DNA of 32,000 nucleotides, from contig JAXLZO010000001.1 of NCBI GenBank assembly GCA_046350815.1, positions 930,001 through 962,000 of the forward strand. Direction: 5' to 3'. The stretch comes from Candidatus Saccharimonadota bacterium. Its GTDB lineage: Bacteria; Patescibacteriota; Gracilibacteria; BD1-5; UBA2023. Positions 11,306 through 21,835 of this stretch are shown here, one piece after another. The stretch's first letter is position 1. Each line of letters starts with the position of its first letter. The position numbers and the translations under genes are program-made. The notes beneath the pieces were generated by a model. That model did no database searches, had not been told where the DNA came from, and saw nothing but the letters and a program-made list of their open reading frames with translations.

Positions 11306-11749
11306 ATGGCAAACATCAATCCACACATCAATTTCAACGGTAATGCCGAAGAAGCATTCAACTTTTACAAATCAGTATTTGGCGGGGAGTTTGCAAAAAT
11401 AATACGTTTCAAGGATTTAGTAAGTGCCGAATTTCCAGTGGCAGAACATGAGGCAAATAAAATCATGCACATCGCACTACCGATTGGTAAGAGTATTTTA
11501 ATGGCGAATGACGTACCTGAAATACTCTGACGAACAAACGAAAATGAGAACAGAAGTAAAATTGTAGTGAGCGCAGAAAGCAAAGATGAAGCTGACAAAT
11601 TATTCAATGGACTGGCAGCAGGTGGGCAAATTGAAATGCCTATTTCTACGAGTCCTTGGGGTTCATACTTTGGTATGTTCAGAGACAAATATGGAATTGA
11701 ATGGATGGTAGATTTTGACTCAAACTATAAGGGGCAAATAGATTGATAA
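11306..11749 (+). CDS. VOC-superfamily protein (PhnB/YjdN-like glyoxalase fold), 147 aa
   Basis: The sequence MANINPHINFNGNAEEAFNFYKSVFGGEF...MHIALPIGKSILMANDVPEIL[G]RTNENE...PWGSYFGMFRDKYGIEWMV is typical of PhnB-like proteins. It ends ...QID-TGA-TAA. Confidence 0.8.
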
Positions 11750-11780
11750 AAGCAGAATTGTTTAATAATGCTCAGATTGT

Positions 11781-11817
11781 AAAATCCCTTCTATCAATTT
11801 GATAGAAGGGATTTTTT
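11781..11817. terminator. Bidirectional rho-independent terminator between convergent genes
   Basis: A 15-bp perfect stem (AAAATCCCTTCTATC / GATAGAAGGGATTTT) with an AATTT loop. The stem is flanked by an A-run and a T-run. It sits between the VOC gene (+) and rplI (-). Confidence 0.75.
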
Positions 11818-11841
11818 GGATAGCAAATATCCATGAGATAC

Positions 11842-12321
11842 CTATTTTATCTCTTTTCAAGCAGAAAGAACTTCAATACCTATGCGTGCATAGCTATCAA
11901 ATCAAAGATGTACCTGGATATGATGCATACCTATTTTTTTGATAGGTGCTTTATTTGGGAGATGAACATCGCCTTTTTCCAGTGTAATATTGTACTCTTT
12001 CTTGATCTTCTCAATAATTTCATGTTCTGTAATAGAGCCATAGACTTTATCATGATCTCATCGAAGCACAAACTTTAATTTCTTTCCATGGAGCTTCTCT
12101 TGATACTCATGTCTTCGCTCAACAAGCATCTGCCTTTCAAGTTCCTGTCGTTTTGCCTTCTGATTCATCGACTCGATCGTCTTCTCATCGAGAATTTTTG
12201 CTTGTTTCTTTGGGATAAGAGCATTGCGAGCTTGAGCAGATGATACTAATACTCGGTCACCTGGCTTACCGAGACCGGGAACATAGGTGAGAAGCTCCAC
12301 GAGAAGTTTATTCTGAGTCAT
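11842..12321 (-). CDS. rplI: 50S ribosomal protein L9, 159 aa
   Basis: MTQNKLLVELLTYVPGLGKPGDRVLVSSAQARNALIPKKQAKIL matches the L9 N-terminal domain. The gene continues through TGA (..FVLR[G]DHDKVYGSITEHEIIEKIKKEY..). The stop is TAG at 11844-11842. Confidence 0.9.
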
Positions 12322-12507
12322 AAAAGAAAAGATGATAGACAAAATGAGGATATGAAAACTTCATGGAAAGACAAGATTTTCTTTATAAGATCTTTATTGC
12401 GAAATAATTTTCAAATCACACAAGCAGAAAAGAGTTGGATCTTTGTACAAAACAAGAAAGATACTCTAGAATGACAGAGAATATTTTTATCATCTTTTTT
12501 TATCCCT

Positions 12508-15500
12508 ATGAAAAAAATTCTTTCGTCCGTATTGCTCATTACTATGAGTCTGGGTAATTTCTCTTGAGTATATGCTCTATGAGCATTGGATGTTGCCACT
12601 CCCCTTATTGGTGAAATGGCTAAATCTATGGAGGATTTCATCAAATATCCATCATGATCAGAATTTGAGAAAATCAAATCAATCGTCGATACCTATCTCG
12701 TAAGAGAACCAAATCAATATGGAGATACATGGTGGAAAACCAAGCCAAACTACACACCGATCATTGAGAAAGAGCTTAAATTTCTCATCCTCTCAACCTA
12801 TCAATGACACGAAGATTTTTATAAAACCCTCTTCCCTTACTATTCAGGTTGGAACAATGAATCATCAAAAGAGAAACAAATAAAAGATCTTTTGAACGCC
12901 ATACCTCGCTCAAAACACATGAATATATCCTCCATTTTTAATAATGGATCCTCCATTGGTGAGAGCTTTATCGATGCGAGTTTTGGGGTAGATTTTTCTG
13001 AGCAAAATGATAGTTTTGATACAATAGTCGCAATTAAAAATAAAATTAATACCATCTCAGAGAATAAATGCATAAACTATAGTAGCTATTCTGATAGTTG
13101 TTCATGAGATCTATGAAGTTTTCTTCCATCAATAGAAGAATTACTTCAAGAATCTATTTACAAAAATAATCAGGAAATTTTATTATGAGACATCAAAGAT
13201 GAATTTATTTATAAATTAAGTAATGATGAGCAAAAAAGAGTAATTAATAGAGATTATGTAAACTGAGTATCTTCACAATTAAAGAATAAGAATAAACAAG
13301 AGCATGAAATATATGAAATTCTATTTTGAAATAAAAATAGCGATTTTGATCTAGATAAAATTATTTCATGAGATAAAAAAGAAGCACTTCGACTACTGGG
13401 AAGAATTAGTAATTATAATGATTTATGATACGATGATAAATCAATGCTCAAAAATTATATAAAATATCTTCTATCGTCTCAATTATACCCAGAAGGCACG
13501 ACCTACACCCTCGAATATAAGACAAAATCCTACACCTATGAGTCTGCACTTAAAGAGGTAGAATCAAAAGAGAATAAAGCTGAAAAGAAAGACTACAAGA
13601 AACTTATGAATGGTGCAAAAGCTGAAAATATTCCGGAGATTTTTCAGAAAATCCCGAATGATTCTGTATCACTCTATATTAAAAATCCTAAAAATCTCCT
13701 CTCCATTCTCGATCAACCATCGAGTGGGCTTCAGCTTAGCGGAATTGATAGCTCCAAGAAAATCAAGGAATATATGTCAAAATGGCTTGAGATTGATGAT
13801 TTTTCTCAAATTCAAAAGAATCTCAAACATGAATCAGCTATTATTCTCACCAATCTTGATCCAACCACCCCAGAGGTAACATTTATCATATCTGAAAAAG
13901 ATCGTGATGCTCTCTCGTGAGATGGAAAGAGTGCCATCGTCAAACAACAAGACGGATATATCTATGTATCGAGCTCTCAAGCCATACTTGATAGTATTAC
14001 CAACCTCAAGAGCTCGGATTCTCTCGCTGAATCGGATGATTTTCACTATGTTTGGTGGAAGAAATCAGCAAAGATCCAAGATGCTTTTGTATTCGTGGGA
14101 GATAGATTCTTTGAGAAGATAACCACACTCGATACTTTTATCAAACATTATCGCAAAATCCAAGATCATAAGCAGCTCACCTCGCTTCAAGAGCTCACTT
14201 GGGCATACAAAAAAGCATACAACCGTGATGCCAAGAGTTTCGATGAAATTATTGAACTTTTCTCGAAGACATGAGAGAGCTCTCTCACATCGGAGTCATT
14301 AAAAAATTACTCCATCCAAAATGGTCTCGTCATACACAAGAACATAGGAAGTCTTGCGAATACAAAAACAATAAGCGATGCAAATTACGATTTGAATCAA
14401 ATTACTCGAAAAGAACTTGATGATTATAAATATTCCATACTCAAATATCGTGATATCTGGCGAGCGAGCCTTGATCCAATGGGAATTATCATCAATCAAT
14501 ACAAAGATGGAATCAATATCGACTTCTTCATGACGCCAATACCAGATTTTCCTGATGAGGAAACCAATCTTATCTTTAAGAATTTTCAATGAGTTCTCAA
14601 AGATCGACTTGATTTCATCCAAGATACCAATGTTCGATCAGGTATGGCGAGTATAGTATTTGGATTCGATACACAAAAAATCAAAGAAAAACTCGATAAA
14701 CCTGAAGGAGAGATAGAAAAAATGGCGTCAATGGGATATAAAGAAGGACAAAAAGAGCTCTTTGGAAAAGAAATCGATATTCTCTCGATGCTTGGCGGTG
14801 AATTTGCCCTTGGAATCGGTTCGGTCGATGATGATATTCTTGATTTTGATGCAGAAAAAGCAGATACCTTCTTTGCTATCCAAGTGCAGAGTCAAGAAAA
14901 GGGAGAAGAACTCATCAAGATTACACAAGAGCAAATACAGAAATTTGCCGAGATGGAAGGCGGTAGTGAAGGTAGAATGGTATCACAAATAATCAAGATG
15001 TTCTCAAAACCATCCATAGAGGAATATCGTGGGTCAAAAATCTCCTACGTTGACGACATAGGGCTTCCATTCATAGGTGTGACAGGGATTTCATACGGAT
15101 ATGCAAAAGGATTCGTATATTTTGCCTGAAATCGTAATACTATCAAAAAAGCGATTGATACTGCTCTCGATGGTGATACACAAAAGGCAACCATTGTTGC
15201 CAATACTCAAACATCTACAGGAGTACTCTTTGGAGCTATCGTAAACGGAGCAAAGGTGAATGAGAATATCAATGCCATCGTGAAGAAAAATAGTGGACTT
15301 CTCTATATGATGGGGTGATTGGCAGGGCAAACTTCATGAGCACGGGATGCGATCTGGGCATTGAGCGCATGATATTATCAATCATATGAGAGAAATATGC
15401 TCCTCGGACGAAAAGATATTCCATTCCAAGAAAAAATTGGTATTGCACAACTCACTGGAAAAGATGGGCATATTTTCCTCAAGATATCTCCTCAAGATGC

Positions 15501-16197
15501 ACATTTCTCATCAGGAACTATTGCAACCCAATGGAATGATTTCGCACCCAAGATAGATGCTTCTTATACAACTCAAGATGGTATTAATCTCTTGGAGTTC
15601 CTCAAAAAAGATGATACCTTTGTGAGTGAACTTGCCGTGTTTACACTTGCTTCCGTATTTGATAATACAGAGCAAACAAATATTTTCTTTCACAATACAC
15701 TTTTTACGCTCAATCTTGGTAAGGACGAAATTGGATTTGAGCTGAGAATATTTGACGGTGAACAACAACAAAAAAATCTCTTCTCAAAATTACTTGGCGG
15801 AGATACGAGTAGTGTGATGATTATCGTATGAATGGTCGTATTAGCACTCCTTGGTGGAGGTGGATGATTTGTTATGATGCGCCGTAGAAGAAAAATGAAC
15901 GGAAGCATTACCATATCTTCATCTACTCTAGCATCCCCAACAACAGAAACGACCCAATTCTCTCCTCAACCAATAACCGAAGTAATGACAGAAAGCATTC
16001 CAACGTATATTCAGCCGACCACCACCACAGTTATAGCGAACAATATTTCAACTCCATCTACTCATCAGGATATACTCATTCCAGTCGATCTACTATCAAC
16101 AACACCGATAGTGCTCGAAAATACTCCGATCATGCCTACGAAACCACAAAGTGTCATCACTCCACAACAACCATCAGATAATATGATTCGTCCATAG
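12508..16197 (+). CDS. Very large secreted, C-terminally membrane-anchored surface protein of unknown family, 1229 aa
   Basis: All + strand ORF-track fragments from 12892 to 16197 share one frame and are separated only by TGA (roughly twenty). ATG 12508 gives a signal peptide, MKKILSSVLLITMSLGNFS[G]VYA. Near the C-terminus the hydrophobic VMIIV[G]MVVLALLGGGG[G]FVMM is followed by RRRRK and a Thr/Pro-rich tail. The stop is TAG. Confidence 0.8.
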
Positions 16198-16208
16198 ATT
16201 TCTATCTT

Positions 16209-16874
16209 ATGCTATCCATCGAACTGAAAAATATATCGCTCATCTTTCGAGAAGAGGTCATTCTCAAAGATATATCGCTGAGTATTGCACCACATACGAT
16301 CACAAGCCTCTTTGGATCGTCCGGAAGTGGTAAGACAAGTCTCTTGCGAATTGCGAGCACACTTCTCTCCCCTACTCATGGAGAGGTCGTTTGTCAGGAT
16401 GAATATATTCATGAAAAGACTCGAAAAGATATTCTCTCCATGCGATCAAAACTCTTTGGATATTTTTTTCCTGAGCCAATATTTCTCGAAGAACTAACCG
16501 TTCGTGAGAATATTCTCATATCATTCATCCTCTCAAAACAAGCAGTCCCTCAGAAATACTACGATTGATTGCTCAAAAAATTTGAGATCACTCATTTGGA
16601 AGGATTGGTTGTGTCACGCCTCTCGAGTGGTCAGCGTGAGCGAGTGAATTTTATCCGAGCCATCATCCACTCACCCCAGATACTGATACTCGATGAGCCA
16701 TGAGCCAACTTAGATGATCGTATGAAAAAAATACTCTTCGATCATATCAGTACACTCAAAAATCGTATGACAATCCTCATAGCTACACACGACAGTGAAC
16801 TGAAAAAATATTCGGATTTCTCTTATCAACTCTATGATTCTACGCTTCATCCTCTTGAAGATTCGCGCACATAA
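16209..16874 (+). CDS. ABC transporter ATP-binding protein (FtsE/MacB/LolD-like), 221 aa
   Basis: Walker A is GSSGSGKTS, the signature motif is LSSGQRE and Walker B is ILILDEP[TGA=G]ANLD. The gene starts 12 nt after the giant gene. The stop is TAA. Confidence 0.9.
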
Positions 16875-18057
16875 AATACGAAGTAGTATTGTTATTCTTT
16901 CAACTCTCTTGATGAGCATTTTTTTGAGTGCACTCCTTTTTTTATACAGTAATATTGTTGCATTTAATAGTTACTATCAACTCGATGGAGTTGATCCAAG
17001 ACGTATAAGCATCACATCTGATACATCATTCTTTGAACTCTTTGGCAAGGAAAAAAGTGGGCTCTCAGAAGAAATAGAGATGAAAATAAAAAATGACCCT
17101 CTCGTTGATCATTCGTATTTTCTCACATTTGTAGAGATACCTGTACTTGCCCAAATGGATATTTTTTCTTTTCATCTTGCAACCGATATCCCTGTATTTG
17201 GTATTTCGGATGAGTTTTTTTCAGGAATATCTACAAAGAAAAATTCAAGAGAAAATATTCCGATTGGTATATCAAAATCGATGCTTGAATTTTATAATCT
17301 CCAAGTAGCAGGGAGTGCTTCATTTTTTCCTCGAATGAATGAATATTTTCTCAAGTGACAAATAATGACTCTCGAGTTTGGAAAATCAAAGCTCTTTGAT
17401 TACGCAGAAAAATCACCCATTCTTCGCTCGTGATCAGTTGTTACAATCAATCAAGATTTACCAGGATTTGGTCTCAGTATTCCTCTCTCGGTAGTGCAGG
17501 GTTCTCTCCAAAAGCTTGGATACAAAACCCCAAGGCCTTATCGCGCGATCATCTATCTAAAGAATATCGAAGATATCGAGAAAATAAAATCATCATACCA
17601 ATGATATACCTTTGTCTCTGATCGAGATAAAATCGCTCAAGCAGAAAAAAATATACAATTTCTACGATCTATTTTTCTCACCATTGCGGCAGTTTCATCA
17701 TCACTTCTCATTCTTTTTCTCTGATTTATCTTTGCTGGTATTCTCAGAGAGAATTCTCGAATGTTTACACTCTTTCATATGATCGGAGTGCACCGATCAT
17801 ATATTTGGTCCACCATCTATCTCGAGCTTGGGAGTCTTGCAATAGTAGGTAGCATACTGGGAAGTATAGTATCAATCATTGGTTCTATATCTTTCACAAC
17901 ATTTATTACACAATACATAGCATCAATTGGACTATGATTTAGCCCAATTTCTCTTACATGATTGCAAATAGGTTGATTATTTTTTATTCAAAGTACTATT
18001 CTTTTTCTTTTGATTACCCTCCTTGGCTACCAAAAAGTGATATACGAAAAAAATTAA
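16834..18057 (+). CDS. FtsX/MacB-type ABC permease with a large extracytoplasmic loop, 407 aa
   Basis: The N-terminus MILRFILLKIRAHKIRSSIVILSTLLMSIFL is typical of the FtsX family. A loop of about 230 aa follows, then three C-terminal TM helices. The gene overlaps the ATPase gene by 41 nt. The frame is joined through 7 TGA codons. The stop is TAA. Confidence 0.85.
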
Positions 18058-18080
18058 ATGAATCAATAATGAGAGAAAAT

Positions 18081-18120
18081 AATAACTGTTGTTGAGAAAA
18101 AACAACAGTTATTTGCTTTT
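18081..18120 (+). terminator. Rho-independent terminator of the ABC operon
   Basis: A 13-bp perfect stem (AATAACTGTTGTT / AACAACAGTTATT) with a GAGAAAA loop, followed by TGCTTTT. Confidence 0.65.
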
Positions 18121-18274
18121 AAAAAACAAGTATGGTACAGTGCGATCGATAGGTATATGTTTCTATCTTACATATAATGTATATTCAATACATATATTAT
18201 ATATGATAGCAATACTTTTTAATCTATAAAAAATTATGTGATACAATAAAAATCCAGCAAATGTATGCGAGGAT

Positions 18275-19213
18275 ATGAACTCACGAGACCCTTCTCTTTG
18301 AATTCGGGTACTCATCGCAAACTTAGCCGCCAAACAACCAGAACTCTGAGAGCAACTTTTTTTCGTTGACAAAGCTCTTCGTATTCATGAATTGTCTGAA
18401 TGAACGACAGAGGATAAAAAAAGAGCACAAGATGAACTATCTAAACTATCAGTAAAGGATCAAGAAAGAGCACAAAGAATCATAGGGGATTACAAATTTA
18501 AAGCATGATGCAATTTTTATAGTGCAGAGAATTTTGTTATAACAGACAAAGACAAATCATGGATACAAAAGATGAATGGACTGCAATTTAATGCGGTGAA
18601 AAAATATATTGAAGTTCTAGCAAGGCAAGTACTGTATTTTTGGATTCGAGAAAGGTTGATAGAAGAATGAAATAAAAATCCAGAATTTAAACTGTTGCTC
18701 GCAAGCGACTACGATGACATTATATGTTGAACTGATTATATACTTAACATTATTGGAGACCCAGTCATTATTAACGGCATTAAAAAGGAAGTCACCTATA
18801 CCTCAGCCATTGATCTTGCTATTACAAAGAATCCAATTTATGTTCGTGAAAAAATAACTAAGAAACGTGAAAATCCACAGGAATACATAGCAACAAAACA
18901 ATGAACAAAAAGTCAAATGAATTCAAATACACAATTTGATAAAAATATTGTTGTTATACCACCGGATATAATGTGAAAATTTATTGCAGCAAACATGCAT
19001 TATCTCATAAATGGTACATACCCAGCTCAATATCAGACATCATGAACACTTACACCAAAAACATTTGATTTATTCAAACAAATTCATGAGGAGACTAAAC
19101 GGGAAGATAAATTGAATCTAAATATCGCTGATACTGTCGGTCATATCAGAGAAAAATTCGGAATAGTTACAAATTTACCACTTACTTCACTTGCAAATGC
19201 CAATCGAAAATAA
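18275..19213 (+). CDS. Hypothetical cytoplasmic protein, 312 aa (an alternative start at ATG 18236 is possible)
   Basis: A single frame is open from 18230 to TAA 19211-19213 when 8 in-frame TGA codons are read as sense. The gene is completely absent from the standard-code track. No TM segment, signal peptide or recognisable motif was found. Confidence 0.55.
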
Positions 19214-19232
19214 TCGCTCACTATGAACACAG

Positions 19233-19394
19233 ATGGATGACGTACCAGAAGAACTCTTTGTAAAAGACGTGAATGGAGATCTCTATACAGATGAAAATGG
19301 AAATCTTGTCATAGGAACACTGTCCCCCCAGATGAGAAAAATCATCGATGATATTAATCTTGATCTTACGCTGATTAATACACCAAAGCAGTAA
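19233..19394 (+). CDS. Small acidic hypothetical protein, 53 aa
   Basis: The ATG lies 20 nt after the preceding stop. The sequence is MDDVPEELFVKDVNGDLYTDENGNLVIGTLSPQMRKIIDDINLDLTLINTPKQ, ending in TAA. Support is only the open frame, protein-like composition and tight spacing. Confidence 0.35.
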   Translation: MDDVPEELFVKDVNGDLYTDENGNLVIGTLSPQMRKIIDDINLDLTLINTPKQ

Positions 19395-19457
19395 AACAAA
19401 AGATATAGAGAGGTAACGAAAGCTTCTTTCCTCGAAGCACGAACAGAATTTTAGATT

Positions 19458-19778
19458 CTATCTTCGCCTCCAACGATGCCACCAAATTGCTATCCTCGCA
19501 AAGATAATATGCACCTTAAAAAAGGCTATTAATCGCATGAGAATCACTCTTGTTTGTCTTACTCAAAAAACAATCGCAAAGGCAATGATTACGGCAAGAG
19601 TTCAGAGCGGAAGAGGTGTAAAGATAGCAATAACCCCATAAAAAACAAATACAATTGCGAGAAAAATACGCAATATATAAGGAAGCCCAACGATTAATTT
19701 ATAGCCCCTACTTACTTTTATCCGTCTCAGTCCATTTTGAAGAAATCTTCGAATTCGGGTTTTCCAATAATTTTTCAT
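19458..19778 (-). CDS. Small membrane protein with an Arg-rich tail, 106 aa (PGPGW-like architecture)
   Basis: The sequence is MKNYWKTRIRRFLQNGLRRIK...LAIVFVFYGVIAIFTPLPL[G]TLAVIIAFAIVF[G]VRQTR...IAIWWHRWRRR. It has two or three hydrophobic helices, a basic N-terminus and a basic C-terminus. The stop is TAG. Confidence 0.5.
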
Positions 19779-19834
19779 AGACCAAAAGTATAGGAAAAAT
19801 ATATGAAATGTAAAAGATAACAATATTTTGATTA

Positions 19835-20860
19835 TTATGCAAAATCAACACTACTGAGTAGTCGATTTGCCTCGTTTCTTGATTGCTCCTGTTCATGAAT
19901 AATATTTTGAGCAAGTGATTGTTTTTGCTCTCTTTGTTTATTTTGTTGCTCAGTCAGGTTCATCTGTTGTTGTTCAAGTATACTTGCAATGGAAAGAGCT
20001 GATGCATAGAGAACTTTTTCTGGAGCACCTCTGCGATTACTCGAGTCGCCGTTATACTTTCGATATCCGAGATAATCTTGCATTTTTTCTGGACTTTTTT
20101 CAATTTGTGAAAGAAAATTTGGGATTTCACTCTTTTGAATGTTATATCACTTAGATGTGAGCATGCTAGTAAGTGCGTCCATAGCGGTTGATGAGGATTT
20201 AAGGTCTTTAAGATCATCAACTATCATTTGTTCTTTTTTCATATCCATATCACCGATTCAATCTCGTAAAAATGCATGATAAATAGACCCGATCACAAGA
20301 TTTGTAAGAGGATTTGCACGATCATTAGTTGCCTCTTTTATTGCTTTATTCCACTCACTTTGCTCATTTTTTCCGACACTTCCATCAAATGATAATCGGA
20401 AAAGTATCTTGAGATACTGTGGTGAACCATCGAGTATTTTTTGAAAATCCTTGGATTTTTTTCCTGCTTCGGTACAAGCAATGGCAGATTTCTGAAAATA
20501 TTCCTTGTACTTATCTCATCGACCTACTCATTCTTCAAATGACATATCCTTGAGTGGATTTGTGGTCAATTGCATCAAACCTCGTGATCCAGTGCCACTT
20601 TTTGCTTCAGTAGTAAAATTACTCTCACGAGCAATCATGGCCAATAGCTCTCATTTCATTTCCTTTGAATCTCTTCAAACCCCAACTCATTTTATTAACG
20701 TATCTACAAGCATTTCATTTTGCCTCAAAAAATCCTCCCGTTTTTGCTTACTTTTTGCATCGAGACGATCAATAGGTTTATTTGGATCAGTTTCAGATCA
20801 TGATTTTACCTCCTTAGTGCGATCGATCGCTTCATGGCGATCTTGGGATATTTTTAGCAT
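19835..20860 (-). CDS. Lytic transglycosylase (SLT/GH23 domain) protein without a signal peptide and with a Gln/Glu-rich C-terminal coiled coil, 341 aa
   Basis: ATG at 20860 is the first start after an in-frame TAG, and the stop is TAA at 19835-19837. SLT motifs are LLAMIARESNFTTEAKSGTGSRGLMQLTTNP (catalytic E-S, GLMQL) and YRKYNG. The N-terminus MLKISQDRHEAIDRTKEVKS is hydrophilic. The frame is joined through about 9 TGA codons. Confidence 0.75.
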
Positions 20861-20910
20861 AGCGTGACAATACTAACACATTTTTCTCATATATGCAAAA
20901 CCTGCTCTAC

Positions 20911-20944
20911 AAAAAAACACCATCACTTTATGACGGTATTTTTT
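20911..20944 (-). terminator. Probable rho-independent terminator after the 20949-21695 gene
   Basis: The minus-strand RNA reads ACCGTCA-TAAAG-TGATGGT (7 bp including one G-U pair) followed by GTTTTTTT. The structure is flanked by A/T runs on both sides. Confidence 0.45.
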
Positions 20945-20948
20945 AAAT

Positions 20949-21695
20949 CTATCTCTGAGAAGAACAAACACCTGTTTTCTTATCCAACATAAGTGTTACA
21001 ACCTCACCCATGATAGCGATATGATCCAGTTTATTTTCATTCCAATTTAATCCGGGAGTTACAAGAGCTTTTGCAAGGATCTGGTTTGATGTTGCTTCAT
21101 CCATACTATAGAACGGTGTCATATTTGTTTGAAACTGCACTACCTCACTACAACCACCCATTCGTTGCAATATCTTTTGCATTTGCACCTCCTTCATATC
21201 ATGTATATCTATAGTATCTCACATGAGAGCTTGTTCAGCCTTTTGACTTAACTCTTGAAGACTATCAACATATATTTCAATTTTTGTTTTCACCCCATTT
21301 ACTGGTAATATCTTTTTAAAATTCTGTTTTTCATTACATGAAATATCATCAGCATCTTGATAACCACTTAGTTCATTCAAAACGGCCGTGTAGATGATAG
21401 CATTCGAAAGCGATCGATTTTTCTCGAATGTTTGGAGCTTCATATCAACACTCTTGAGAACGGAAAGACGAGTTGATTCACCATCTCGTTTAATCTGCTT
21501 ATTATATTGTGTGAGTAGTTTTTTCGTCATTCTCTTCCCATAAGCATTGAGCTCATAACATTGGGTGACGCCATATTTTTTTCCTTGAGTGAGCTTTGTA
21601 GCTGTGGTACTTGCACTTACGGTAGCAGCAAATATATCTCCGAAAGGCACAACAAGAGATCCAATAAGAATGAGTGCAACAAACGATTTATTCAT
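20949..21695 (-). CDS. Secreted hypothetical protein, 248 aa
   Basis: The signal peptide is MNKSFVALILIGSLVVPFGDIFAATVSA. The track ORFs 21219-21695 and 20949-21197 are in the same frame and joined by a single TGA at 21221-21219. The stop is TAG. Confidence 0.6.
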
Positions 21696-21835
21696 AATAA
21701 TATGAAAGAAAATACAAACTTTATTCTATCCTAGGGAATTGCAGAGAAAAAACAAACAAAAATTATGAGTGAAAATACTTCCCAAAGAGCTACTTTTCCT
21801 TATAATTGCTTTCTTTGTGTTTACATCTACCCATC

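Noticed and set aside
12352-12507. An upstream in-frame ATG at 12352 as the start of the giant gene.
   Set aside because: The extension would add 52 residues with no hydrophobic signal sequence and would bury the canonical signal peptide that begins at ATG 12508. It would also occupy the divergent rplI promoter region. The start at 12508 is preferred but not proven.
18163-18372. 69-aa minus-strand ORF and the AT-rich quasi-palindromic stretch at 18170-18215.
   Set aside because: The ORF is antisense to and overlaps the start of the 18275-19213 gene and has no motif. The palindrome reduces to a 6-bp stem in low-complexity AT-rich DNA, consistent with an ordinary promoter region.
20505-20867. 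120-aa + strand ORF from the track.
   Set aside because: It lies antisense to the SLT-domain gene (19835-20860), whose catalytic motifs read cleanly on the minus strand.
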